A program made the translations under genes and the position numbers. Below, piece by piece: positions 8,982-18,204 of a stretch of 32,000 bases of DNA (positions within the stretch are counted from its first letter, which is position 1; every line of letters begins with the position of its first letter). Source of the stretch: Candidatus Saccharimonadota bacterium (GTDB taxonomy: Bacteria > Patescibacteriota > Gracilibacteria > UBA4473). The stretch spans positions 270,001 to 302,000 of the forward strand of contig OZ245819.1 in NCBI GenBank assembly GCA_965228485.1, written 5' to 3'. The notes under the pieces were generated by a model. That model was not told where the DNA came from, searched no databases, and worked only from the letters and a program-made list of their open reading frames with translations.

Positions 8982-9623
8982 TTAGGCTGCATTTTCCGCT
9001 TCTTGAGCCTCAATCATATTTTTAATTGCCATAACCTGAACAATAGCAGATCGTTCAGCTTCTCCCAGTTTCATCTGAATAAATTTCAGTGTTTCTTGAA
9101 GATCAGGAATAAGTCTATGTTCTAAGGCATTTACTCGACGCCGAGTTTTCTCAATCTCTAGAGCCAAATTTTCTGCTGATTTCTCAATCTCAGCCAATTG
9201 AAGAAGTACTTCAAATACTTTGGCAAAGTTTGAAATAGCAAGATCTAGTTCCCCACGAGTCTGAACAAGACCATAGTCTAGAGCATTTCCATGACTTTGC
9301 AGCTTGAAAACTGGAATTCGAACCGACATAACGTTTTTAGTCTTCACTTTAAGGCTTAGTCGTTGTGCAGGATTTGATAGAGTGTTTTCCAAAACTTCTT
9401 TTGGAAGTACTGCTTGAGCCAACAAAAAGCTCTGATTAGCGGCTTTGATAGCCTCTTCTACTTCTTGCCTAAGCGCCTTGGCTTTATGTACAATCTGCAG
9501 AAATTCCTGCATTAATCCATCCTGTTTATCTTTCAATAGTTTGTGACCACGCTGAGCAACCTTAGTTTGATTTTTAAGGCTTAGAAGCGTCATTCGTGTT
9601 GCGGTAACATTTTGTACTGCCAT
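8982..9623 (-). CDS. ntpD: V/A-type ATP synthase subunit D (central stalk)
   Basis: 213 aa. The N-terminus VTATRMTLLSLKNQTKVAQRGHKLLKDKQDGLMQEF and the C-terminal coiled coil EIEKTRRRVNALEHRLIP are typical of the V-type D subunit. Confidence 0.9.
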   Translation of the reverse strand: MAVQNVTATRMTLLSLKNQTKVAQRGHKLLKDKQDGLMQEFLQIVHKAKALRQEVEEAIKAANQSFLLAQAVLPKEVLENTLSNPAQRLSLKVKTKNVMSVRIPVFKLQSHGNALDYGLVQTRGELDLAISNFAKVFEVLLQLAEIEKSAENLALEIEKTRRRVNALEHRLIPDLQETLKFIQMKLGEAERSAIVQVMAIKNMIEAQEAENAA

Positions 9624-9657
9624 ATTTTTCTTTGAACAATAAAATTAACCGTGCGCG

Positions 9658-9688
9658 ATTTTAAAACTTATATGAAGAGTGTCAAAGG
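9658..9688 (-). promoter_or_regulatory. Sigma70-like promoter of ntpD: CCTTTGACA-16 nt-TAAAAT followed by CGCGCAC
   Basis: On the minus strand TTGACA is at 9685-9680 and TAAAAT at 9663-9658, with a 16-nt spacer. The architecture parallels the ntpB promoter. Confidence 0.5.
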
Positions 9689-9696
9689 GAAAACTA

Positions 9697-10458
9697 TTAT
9701 TTATCCAAATATCTTTGGCACACTTCTGAAATTCTCCCAGTTCTCAAAAACTCACTAGAAAAAGGCATTACGCAAACTTTTTCATAATTATTTTTAGAAC
9801 GTAAAAATACGTATTCATTATTGTGATAAATAAAAACTGCTTTAGCTTGCCGCGTATCATCCATTAAAAATTGAATTGATTGAGCCGTAAGAGAGGTTGT
9901 TTGCCATAAATAGAAAGAAGAACTTACATAGAGAATAAATATAAAAATCCTCCAAAACTCCTTAAAATCTTTTTCATCAAAAAAAATAATATAAGTCCCT
10001 AACACCACTAATCCAAAGAGTAATAGAATTACACAATTGATAATCACTCCCAACTTTAAGTCTATTAACATGATTAAAAAGAGGCAAATACAACAAGCTC
10101 CAAACATGCAATAAAACCATAAATAGTAAGGTTTCTGTAAAACCCTTTTAACCACATTAACTATAAAATCTAATAAAGTCGCAGCACTTGTCACTAGTAA
10201 AAAAACAAAAACAAAGAAAGGAATCATCAATAAGACATCTCTAGCTAATCCATCAAAAGAAAAGTAATTAAGATACCCCCAAGATATATTCAATAATTTT
10301 AAAAACTGCACAAGACCCGCCGTTATAAGGAAAATAAATGCCAATATAATTAGATATTCTTTTAAGTTTTTTATAAAAATAATTTGTTCTTCTAATTGTT
10401 CATAGATTTTTTTCATCAGCAAAGATTTTACTGAAATTTTAAAATTGTCTAGAAACAT
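9697..10458 (-). CDS. Hypothetical polytopic membrane protein
   Basis: 253 aa with about six hydrophobic segments rich in F, L and I. I recognise no motif. The start could be Met15 instead. Confidence 0.55.
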   Translation of the reverse strand: MFLDNFKISVKSLLMKKIYEQLEEQIIFIKNLKEYLIILAFIFLITAGLVQFLKLLNISWGYLNYFSFDGLARDVLLMIPFFVFVFLLVTSAATLLDFIVNVVKRVLQKPYYLWFYCMFGACCICLFLIMLIDLKLGVIINCVILLLFGLVVLGTYIIFFDEKDFKEFWRIFIFILYVSSSFYLWQTTSLTAQSIQFLMDDTRQAKAVFIYHNNEYVFLRSKNNYEKVCVMPFSSEFLRTGRISEVCQRYLDK

Positions 10459-10621
10459 AAGTTAATGTTATTTTCAAGTTTGTAGTACATAATAATTAAA
10501 ACAATATACATTGTGTTAAGTAGTAAAAATATATCAAAATCACTCCCCTTTGTAGCCCTATATTAGAAAGGCTTAATAAAAAATACTCGATTTAAGACAT
10601 TTTTTTATAAAAAAGGTATGA

Positions 10622-11281
10622 TCAATCCTTTTTTAAAATTCTATGCATAAAAAATTCTTGCCAAAAAACATCTGCTTTTTGATTTTCTTCTAAATCCGAA
10701 AGTTCATATTCGGGGTGAGACTGTATACCATAAATTCCAGAGTCAAACTTAACCAAGTAAGGCATTCCCTCTGGTCCCCTTCCTAAAATTTCAACTTCAT
10801 CACTATGAAATGCTTCGATACAGTTTTCATGATAAGCACGAGTTGGTATTACCTCCCCATTCTCTAAAGTCATGGCTACTTCTTTATTTTTAAAATTACA
10901 ACTTCCGATCTGCCCCCCCATAACATCAGCTAGCACCTGCATCCCAAAACAAACCCCTACAATTGGAGTATTATTTTGTTGCGCTAAATATAGATTCAAA
11001 GCAAATTTTAGGTTTATCACCCAATCATGTTCATCTGCTACCAAAAAAGGTGAGCCGCTAAGAAGTAAAAGATCATAGTTCTTATAATTGAGTCGCTCTG
11101 TTAAGTCCCTAAAGCTTTGTTTTTCAACTTCAAAAAACTCCCAAGAAGCTTTTAATCCCAAAAATCTATCCATAGAACAAATAGCCTGATGCGCAGACTT
11201 ACGGTGGGCAATAGGACAGCCAAATCCAGGGTATTTAAACCCATGTTTAGGGGCGTAGTTGGAGAGTACTAATACTTTCAT
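10622..11281 (-). CDS. Class I glutamine amidotransferase-like protein
   Basis: 219 aa. The nucleophile elbow is VGVCFGMQVLA (G-x-C-x-G) and the His/Glu pair sits in IQSHPEY, which together form the GATase1 triad pattern. Confidence 0.8.
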   Translation of the reverse strand: MKVLVLSNYAPKHGFKYPGFGCPIAHRKSAHQAICSMDRFLGLKASWEFFEVEKQSFRDLTERLNYKNYDLLLLSGSPFLVADEHDWVINLKFALNLYLAQQNNTPIVGVCFGMQVLADVMGGQIGSCNFKNKEVAMTLENGEVIPTRAYHENCIEAFHSDEVEILGRGPEGMPYLVKFDSGIYGIQSHPEYELSDLEENQKADVFWQEFFMHRILKKD

Positions 11282-11437
11282 TTTTCAAAAAAATCCCAAG
11301 CTGATTGCTTTAGGACATTAGGTTGGTGATGTATTTTTTTATCTAGTAATTTTTGTTTTCACCAAACAATTGCCCCAAAGTATTTGGACAGACAACATTT
11401 CGGTGAAGACACATAACTACGAACATCAAGCTAAATT

Positions 11438-12598
11438 CTAGATGAGCGTTTTTAAAATATCAAGCGCTTTTTCAATATCCTTTTTCTTGGTAGACCACCC
11501 AAAAGAAAGTCTAATTCCCCTGAAAATTTCTGCATCCTCAAATCCAAGAGCTTCTAAAGCTTTGCTCCCCCCAATACTCCCACTCGAACAAGCACTTCCT
11601 GCGGAAATTGCCAATCCTTGCATATCGGATTGTATGACAAACAAGGCCGCCTTAGCATGTTGAGTCGGTAAAAGAAAATGAAAAACATGAGGTAAGCACA
11701 CTTCCCTACTTTCGGGAGTTGTAATTTTTATTTTTGAAAAATTTTTAGTGAAAAAATTTCTTATCTCCGTCTGAAATATTTCATATTTTTTAACATTTTC
11801 TTCTCTATTTCTCTCCAAAACTTCTAGGGCTTTTGAGAGAGATATAATCCCCCATAAATTCTCTGTTCCTCCTCTGAATCCAAATTCATGACTCCCCTTT
11901 TGCAGTGGAGAAAGAGGTAAATCTTGTTTCTTGATAAGCACTCCAATACCTGGCAAAGCTCCTATTTTTTCTCCTGAAACGGCTATTAAATCACATTTTT
12001 GATACTCTAAACTAACCTTCTCTGAAACTATTGCCGCTGCTGCATCGACTATAAATATCGGTTTTTCCGTTTTATTCTCTTGGGCATATTTTAGACACTT
12101 CTTACCAATACGTGCAACAGGCTGAAGAATTCCTATTTCAGAATTCCCACACTCACAGACAATTATATCAGGGCTATCTTCTAAAATGCTATCAAATTTA
12201 TTTTCATCGATAATCCCCTCCTTTGTTATTGGTAAATATTTTACCTCAACTGAAAAATTTTTAACTAAAAACTCTACCGCCCCAGAGATAGCCGAATGAG
12301 TAATTGGAGAAATGTAAATAATCCCACTCTTTTTCTCTTTGGCTAGATAACTCCCTATAATTCCTAAATACAAACTTTCCGTTGCTCCAGAAGTAAAGAT
12401 GACCTCCCCAACACTCACCTCAAAAAAGTTGGCCACTAATTGACGCGCCGCATCAATAAGCATACGACTCTGGCTTCCTGGTTGGTGTACACTGCTTGGA
12501 TTTCCTAAATCATCATCTAGATTAAATAAAACCTCCTTTACTTCAGGTAAAATCGGTGTTGCCGCAGCGTGGTCTAGATAGATATAAGACATTTTCAA
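11438..12598 (-). CDS. Cysteine desulfurase (class V aminotransferase, NifS/IscS-like)
   Basis: 386 aa. It starts IYLDHAAATPILPEV and has the PLP-lysine context AVSGEKIG and the catalytic Cys loop SAGSACSSG. Confidence 0.85.
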   Translation of the reverse strand: MKMSYIYLDHAAATPILPEVKEVLFNLDDDLGNPSSVHQPGSQSRMLIDAARQLVANFFEVSVGEVIFTSGATESLYLGIIGSYLAKEKKSGIIYISPITHSAISGAVEFLVKNFSVEVKYLPITKEGIIDENKFDSILEDSPDIIVCECGNSEIGILQPVARIGKKCLKYAQENKTEKPIFIVDAAAAIVSEKVSLEYQKCDLIAVSGEKIGALPGIGVLIKKQDLPLSPLQKGSHEFGFRGGTENLWGIISLSKALEVLERNREENVKKYEIFQTEIRNFFTKNFSKIKITTPESREVCLPHVFHFLLPTQHAKAALFVIQSDMQGLAISAGSACSSGSIGGSKALEALGFEDAEIFRGIRLSFGWSTKKKDIEKALDILKTLI

Positions 12599-12611
12599 AT
12601 AGATCCTGATG

Positions 12612-12620
12612 ATTCTACCA
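12612..12620 (-). promoter_or_regulatory. Extended -10 element TGGTAGAAT upstream of the cysteine desulfurase gene
   Basis: The minus strand reads ...TTTGGTAGAATCATC..., placing the element 14 nt upstream of ATG 12598. It fits the TGnTAnAAT pattern. Confidence 0.4.
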
Positions 12621-12636
12621 AAAAATTCAAATTATA

Positions 12637-15600
12637 CTAAAGCCCACCTGAATATCTATTTCGCAAAAACTGTTCAATAGATGATGGATCTTTGAATATC
12701 TTTTCCCCAATATCTCCACTCACCATACTATCAATCGTTTTATTCAAAAACTTATATTCTTCAGTTTGTTCCACTTGGGCGAAATTTTCACTCACAGATA
12801 CTACTAAGTTTGATTGAAATACATCTACCGTCTCACCTGAACTTGTAGTATGTTGATAGGCATCAGGGCTTAATCCAGCCTGCCCCACTAAAGTCCTTAC
12901 CATATCTCCAATTTCTTTTTTATTTGAGGCTACATCTCCAGTATCTCCTTCCCAGTAACGCGCTTTATCTAGGTAAGATGGCGTTTGATTTTTCTGCATT
13001 TTGTAATTCCCCGACAAAGAACTAATCCCACCAAAAGCAACCCGAATTCTCTCACCAATTTCAATAAGCGCTTTTTTTCTCATTCTTTGCCATTCTGGAG
13101 TAGAACCGTACATTTTATCATATTCTAAAATATACTTATAACGTCCTTTGACATAGGGCTCTAGCCCTTGAAAGAGTTGTGCAAGTTGATCTTGAGATTT
13201 TGCAATGTCACGCCCTTCTGAACGGGTATTCACAAGCTTCGCCATCTCAATATAACTAATCCCACAGAACTGCATCCACGCATCATCATGATCCCCTTCT
13301 TTATCTCCCACAGAAGCCATCCGACTTGCCCGGGTTACGGCCATATCAGAGCTCATAATATATTCGAAGAAAAACCGATCAGAATTCTCCCGTATTTTAC
13401 TCTCATTACTTTCAATAGGACCTGATAACCCCTGCATCAAAAAGGCTTTCCAGTTCTGAATATCCTGGTAATTCCAGGTACGTTGTTCCGCTCCTGGAGT
13501 ATTTGGAGGGACTATTTTCCCATCTTTTTTCCAACCTCCATCTGAAAAAAAATCAAAGAAAGGAATTCTCGCTAATAGTCCACTATTAAATCTCGTCATC
13601 ATTTCTTGGGAAATAAGCGTTTTCCCTTGAGGATTGGTCGCCGCCATTCCCATAATGAGAAAAAACCATCTTCGATCTTGAGGTCCATTGAAACGAGCAT
13701 CGTCAAAGAGTTTAAACATGAAATGTTCATATGCTGCTGGATCAACCGTATCATCTCCGCTCATCCAAGATTCTAACATTCCTCCTAATGTAGACATAAT
13801 TCTTGCAGGATTCTGACGCATATTCTGGAAATCTTTTTCATTTGATTCCATTTGTTTTTTAAGATTTCCTTCTAGAGAACCATTCCAGTTATTCCAAATA
13901 GCGGTCGTCCAAATTTCAGAACAAGCCAGTCCAACTTTATTAATCTGATCACCAATCGGAAGATTTAGATCATTCTCTAGATCAAAAACAACCTTCTTCT
14001 GGAACTTCATCAAAACTTTCCAAAATTCTGGATCGTTCCAGCGCATATAACCATTGTTTACCAGTAGGTTAATCATGGCTCGAGCCTGATCTTTATTCTT
14101 AGTTTTGTAGAGCACCTCCCTCCAGTTATAGAAATCTTTATTTTCTTCTCGTTTTTCATCTTCAGAAACCCTCTGCTCTTCTGCTTCCCGTTGCTTCCTC
14201 TGAAACTCTTGTCCATAAGCAGAATTTCCAAATATTTTTGTTCCTAAAAATGCAACCGCCTCTTCCTCTCGACGCTGTCTTAAGCGTTCAAGGTTCTCAA
14301 CATGCTGCTTAATCATTCTTCCAATATCTAACAATGAATACCATTGTTTTACATAAATTCGAGGAAGATATCGCCAAGGCTTATCCCATCCTTTTCTATT
14401 TTTATCGTAGTCTTTGTAATCTGATAAAAATTTCTTAAATGATTCTGTATCTTTTTTTAAATGTTCTCCTACTCCATCTTTTACCACAAACATTTTTCTC
14501 ATGTCATCTACGGCTTCAGATTGAGTTTCAGGCTTTTCATACCGCTTAAACCACTCCTGAAAAGCAAAGGGTGAAGCTAGCATTTTTTGATAAAATGGTT
14601 CAAAAGTTTCTATATCTAGTTCTACCTCTTCTATATCTTTTTTAATGTCAGATTTTTCAACTCCATAAACCTGTCTAAATTTCTCAGCAGGCATTTTTTC
14701 TAAATCGTTTTTTGTTTTTCCAAGATAGGCTCTAGACTTTTCTAAATATTCTTCAAATATAGCTTTATATTCTTGTTGTATTTCACTGTAATGTTTTTCA
14801 GCCTTATCCTTTCCACCTTCTTCAAACAGCCCCAGTTCATCGGCCATAAATTCATAGGTCGAGGTAATTTGATCCAATGAGTCAAAAGAATCTTTTTGAA
14901 CGGGAACCCATTCTCCTGAATTTAAATCCAGACTGGATTCAACCCCTCTAAAAAGTTTAAGAATATATTCAAAATCATCTCCTGTCGGGTTGAATTTATC
15001 ACTATATTCTAACTTTTGTTTATAGTTGTCTCTCAAGGCTATAAAGTTTGTTTCTAATGCTTTGTAGGTTTCATCAAATCGAGCTAAATATTTTTTCGTA
15101 AAACTTTCTGTAAACTCAGGAAACAAAGCCAACAGTGTTGACTCTAATTCTGACCTAATAAGTTTGAGTCTTGGAAAAATAGAATTCTCCACATCAGAAA
15201 AATACAAACGATTAAGTTGTGAAAAATCTAATTTATCTCCATTGTTTAGACGAGAAGCAATAGCCAATGTTCTATCATTTAAATGCTTATTGAGAAGTTT
15301 TACCTCGTTAACAATTGGCATGACTTCCAAGCCTATTTGATTTAAGGATTTAAGCCCTATCTGGTTTTCACTCCCTTCAAAAACATCAAAAGACTTACTA
15401 GAAACAACACCTTTAGCTTCTATTCCTGCATAATAACGCAGAATTTTTTCAGCAATATTTTTCTCTGCCTGAAGCTTTTGATCTTCAGTAAAGCTTGATA
15501 ATAAAGATGCATCAATACTATCAAGGACTTTCCCATTACCTTTTATTAAAGCTATCTGTTCTTCTCTTGAAGCATATCGATTAATCAGAGTATTAATCTG

Positions 15601-18060
15601 GTCAGTTGTTATTCCTGGGATTTCTTTTTCAATTTCCTGAGACAATTCTTCATGACCTCCTACTCTTAAAGTCTCTAATATTTTTGCATTCTGTTCTCCT
15701 TCTTTTTTTAAATATTTCTCCCTTTTTTCTACATATTTTTTCTGTTCTTCGGCGTTCCAAGCCTGAATATCTTGGTCATAAATTTTATTGTGTACTCTAT
15801 CGTAACTCGAGACAAAACTACTCAGTATTTTTGCTTCATTTGGAGTCCCAAGGCCCATCCCGAGAACCGCACTCACTTGCTGTAATGTCTCTTTTTCTCT
15901 CACTTCAGCCGGATCAATCTGTCGAACTTTTTCAAAAATTTCATGACGAAAAGACTCAATCACTCCATACACCACTTCACTTAGAGCTAACTCAGAATCA
16001 GATAAAACCCCCCTTAGGGCTCTTATATCTGCTGGAGATTTTGCGTAAACATTTCTTAAACTCAAACCTTCATCAAAAGCTTGTTGCCAATTTTCAAAAC
16101 TAGATTTTCCATCAATAATGGCATCCAGTTCATCTAATACTGGTTCTAAAACGGTGCTTTTTAGGCCTTCTCTGAATGTTTTAATTTTTTGTAGTAACTG
16201 GGCTTCCCTTCCTTCGAATATTTTTTCTTCATTAGTATTATCTTCCTCAACAAGCAAAGTATAAATATCTGCACTGGTTAATCTTTTTTGTTTCACTCTT
16301 TCGGCCAAATCTTCTCGGTAAGACTGATACATCTCCGAAGCTTTTGTTGGAGCTTTGTAAATAAATTCAGCTAGTTCCACATGTGATCGTGCTTCAGACT
16401 CATTATTCTGAAGCTTCGGTATTAACTTCGCTATTTCCCCCTCTACTTCATCTTGCTTCGCCTTAAGCTCTCCTATTGGATTTGTTTTAAGTTCTGCAAT
16501 TTCAGCTAAAACGTTCTGTGCTTGAGTCCCACGAGCCTCTCTAGCTTGTTTTTGATCAGGAGTTTCTCCTTGTGGAACTTGATTGGATTCCAATAAGACA
16601 TCGGTTAAAGGCGCTTCAATCTCCTCGTATAATGTCTCGAGAAATTCACCTCGAACATCTCCAAAAGAAGGATCTTCTTCAATAACAATATTACTTTTAA
16701 GATTATTCCATTTCGAAGCCAATTCAGCATTTTCTGAAAGTAATTTCGAAAAATGCTGTTTTGCCCCAAACGCTTCGACTGTTTTCTTAAGAGCTTCAAC
16801 AAGTTTTTTATCATTAATACTTTCTCTAAGCTTTCGAACCTTCTCGCTCATAGAAACTGATTCAGGGTTTTTGTCATCTCCTTCCTGCATCATTACATCA
16901 CCATTTTCGGCTTCCCATTGTCCCAAAAATTCATCTAACAAGTCTCCTTTCTGAGGTTTTGAAGCAATAGCTTGTAATTCAGATAACTCATCGGCTGAAA
17001 GTCGCTGACCTTCTCTTTGTTTTTGCTCTAAATCCAATAGTCTCGCTTCTTCTTGTTTTGTCCTACCTGAATCCACCCCAACTCCCAGTAACTGTTGGTA
17101 GTTGTCTTGATTTTGTGATTTAATAATCCGAAGAGCGGTAATATGTTCTGGTAGTAGAACTTTTTTACCATCTGCCCACTTTAGAAACTCAGCCGCTTGA
17201 GTTTGCTCTACCAGAGCCTCAATTTTAGGTTTCACCGACTGAAGGTCATAATCAGGATTATCAACAAGGCATTCCAATAATTCCCAGGCTCGAAGATATT
17301 CAATTCGGTTTTTAAACGTTGCTTCTCCAGTAAGTTCATTTTTAATTTCTGAAACCACCGCCTGACCAAAATTAGCAAATTTACCTGTTTCTGAGTCCGT
17401 TTCAAAATGGACATCTCCACCAAAAACTCTTTGGGCCTCGAGAACAAATAGCTTATCTCTTAACTGAAATTTTTTGTTTGGATCTTTACAGACTAAATGT
17501 CCAGCCTCATTCACTCGATAACCAGACAAAATATCTCTCGTCTTATCCAAAAGCTTCGCTCTCACAGAGGCTCGTAAGTCAGCATCAATATCTTTGTTGT
17601 TCCACACAGAACGATAAAACCGAAGCATCGATTGTAAGTTTGCAAAAGATATTTGCTCTACGCCTTCTACTTTTTCTGAGATTTTTTTTAACTCATCCTG
17701 TTCTTTTGATATTCCCATATCTACCCTTCGTCTCAAATCTGGGCTGATAAATTTCCAAAGCTTAGAAAACTTTAGATTGAAAAGCACCCTGTTTGGGAAA
17801 GTTCTATCTCTTTTCTCCATCACAAGACTTAAGTGAAATTCTACCAAGTCATTTAATTTTCTTTTTTGTTCAGCGGTTAAAGAATCTTTTACTGACTCCA
17901 GTTTCTTAAGCCCTGCTAATGATAGGTTATGAGGGCTCTTGAGTATTTGTTCAATTTGAGCCTCTATCCCCTGCTCGCCTTCGGTTCTTTCTTCACGATT
18001 ATTAAAACACCAGTTTTTCTGGTCTGTGAAGGTGTTAGAAGACGAAAATAAATATTTCAT
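12637..18060 (-). CDS. Giant hypothetical protein (1807 aa), predominantly helical and E/K/Q-rich, with no signal peptide or TM segment
   Basis: A single uninterrupted 5.4-kb ORF. I recognise no catalytic or nucleotide-binding motif. The last 600 aa or so are Trp/Phe-rich and less repetitive, for example WNDPEFWKVLMKF and RRWFFLIMGMAATNPQGK. Confidence 0.85.
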   Translation of the reverse strand: MKYLFSSSNTFTDQKNWCFNNREERTEGEQGIEAQIEQILKSPHNLSLAGLKKLESVKDSLTAEQKRKLNDLVEFHLSLVMEKRDRTFPNRVLFNLKFSKLWKFISPDLRRRVDMGISKEQDELKKISEKVEGVEQISFANLQSMLRFYRSVWNNKDIDADLRASVRAKLLDKTRDILSGYRVNEAGHLVCKDPNKKFQLRDKLFVLEAQRVFGGDVHFETDSETGKFANFGQAVVSEIKNELTGEATFKNRIEYLRAWELLECLVDNPDYDLQSVKPKIEALVEQTQAAEFLKWADGKKVLLPEHITALRIIKSQNQDNYQQLLGVGVDSGRTKQEEARLLDLEQKQREGQRLSADELSELQAIASKPQKGDLLDEFLGQWEAENGDVMMQEGDDKNPESVSMSEKVRKLRESINDKKLVEALKKTVEAFGAKQHFSKLLSENAELASKWNNLKSNIVIEEDPSFGDVRGEFLETLYEEIEAPLTDVLLESNQVPQGETPDQKQAREARGTQAQNVLAEIAELKTNPIGELKAKQDEVEGEIAKLIPKLQNNESEARSHVELAEFIYKAPTKASEMYQSYREDLAERVKQKRLTSADIYTLLVEEDNTNEEKIFEGREAQLLQKIKTFREGLKSTVLEPVLDELDAIIDGKSSFENWQQAFDEGLSLRNVYAKSPADIRALRGVLSDSELALSEVVYGVIESFRHEIFEKVRQIDPAEVREKETLQQVSAVLGMGLGTPNEAKILSSFVSSYDRVHNKIYDQDIQAWNAEEQKKYVEKREKYLKKEGEQNAKILETLRVGGHEELSQEIEKEIPGITTDQINTLINRYASREEQIALIKGNGKVLDSIDASLLSSFTEDQKLQAEKNIAEKILRYYAGIEAKGVVSSKSFDVFEGSENQIGLKSLNQIGLEVMPIVNEVKLLNKHLNDRTLAIASRLNNGDKLDFSQLNRLYFSDVENSIFPRLKLIRSELESTLLALFPEFTESFTKKYLARFDETYKALETNFIALRDNYKQKLEYSDKFNPTGDDFEYILKLFRGVESSLDLNSGEWVPVQKDSFDSLDQITSTYEFMADELGLFEEGGKDKAEKHYSEIQQEYKAIFEEYLEKSRAYLGKTKNDLEKMPAEKFRQVYGVEKSDIKKDIEEVELDIETFEPFYQKMLASPFAFQEWFKRYEKPETQSEAVDDMRKMFVVKDGVGEHLKKDTESFKKFLSDYKDYDKNRKGWDKPWRYLPRIYVKQWYSLLDIGRMIKQHVENLERLRQRREEEAVAFLGTKIFGNSAYGQEFQRKQREAEEQRVSEDEKREENKDFYNWREVLYKTKNKDQARAMINLLVNNGYMRWNDPEFWKVLMKFQKKVVFDLENDLNLPIGDQINKVGLACSEIWTTAIWNNWNGSLEGNLKKQMESNEKDFQNMRQNPARIMSTLGGMLESWMSGDDTVDPAAYEHFMFKLFDDARFNGPQDRRWFFLIMGMAATNPQGKTLISQEMMTRFNSGLLARIPFFDFFSDGGWKKDGKIVPPNTPGAEQRTWNYQDIQNWKAFLMQGLSGPIESNESKIRENSDRFFFEYIMSSDMAVTRASRMASVGDKEGDHDDAWMQFCGISYIEMAKLVNTRSEGRDIAKSQDQLAQLFQGLEPYVKGRYKYILEYDKMYGSTPEWQRMRKKALIEIGERIRVAFGGISSLSGNYKMQKNQTPSYLDKARYWEGDTGDVASNKKEIGDMVRTLVGQAGLSPDAYQHTTSSGETVDVFQSNLVVSVSENFAQVEQTEEYKFLNKTIDSMVSGDIGEKIFKDPSSIEQFLRNRYSGGL

Positions 18061-18084
18061 TTCTGACGTAAAAATAGTCTGAAT

Positions 18085-18093
18085 ATTATAACA
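18085..18093 (-). promoter_or_regulatory. Extended -10 element TGTTATAAT upstream of the 1807-aa gene
   Basis: The minus strand reads AAAATGTTATAATATTC, placing TATAAT 24 nt upstream of ATG 18060. The element lies downstream of the 18147-18179 terminator, so the giant gene appears to have its own promoter. Confidence 0.5.
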
Positions 18094-18146
18094 TTTTTAT
18101 TCGTCAAACACGACTAAATACTCTTTACAAAAATGTATTAATATGT

Positions 18147-18179
18147 TGTAAAAAAACAGCCTTATAAAAGGCTGTTTTT
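18147..18179 (-). terminator. Rho-independent, bidirectional-looking terminator after the 648-aa gene
   Basis: An 8-bp stem pairs ACAGCCTT (18154-18161) with AAGGCTGT (18166-18173) around a 4-nt loop. A 7-nt A-run sits on one side and a T-run on the other, giving a U-tract in either orientation. Confidence 0.75.
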
Positions 18180-18204
18180 TATCTTTAAGATCAAGGTTCA
18201 ATAA

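Noticed and set aside
9643-9649. Shared GTTAATT element in the ntpB and ntpD leaders as a common regulatory site
   Set aside because: It is present in both (6271-6277 and 9643-9649), but at different distances from both the -10 and the ATG. It is also a 7-mer expected by chance in AT-rich DNA.
15606-17747. Plus-strand ORFs of 89-165 aa inside the 1807-aa gene (15606..16103, 16583..16954, 17478..17747)
   Set aside because: They are antisense to an E/K-rich gene and therefore give F/L/S-rich low-complexity translations. They have no starts with promoter context, as expected from the codon composition of the sense strand.
18102-18107. TTGACG as the -35 of the giant-gene promoter
   Set aside because: It lies only 11 nt from the TATAAT, which is incompatible with sigma70 spacing. 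The TG-extended -10 is the better explanation.
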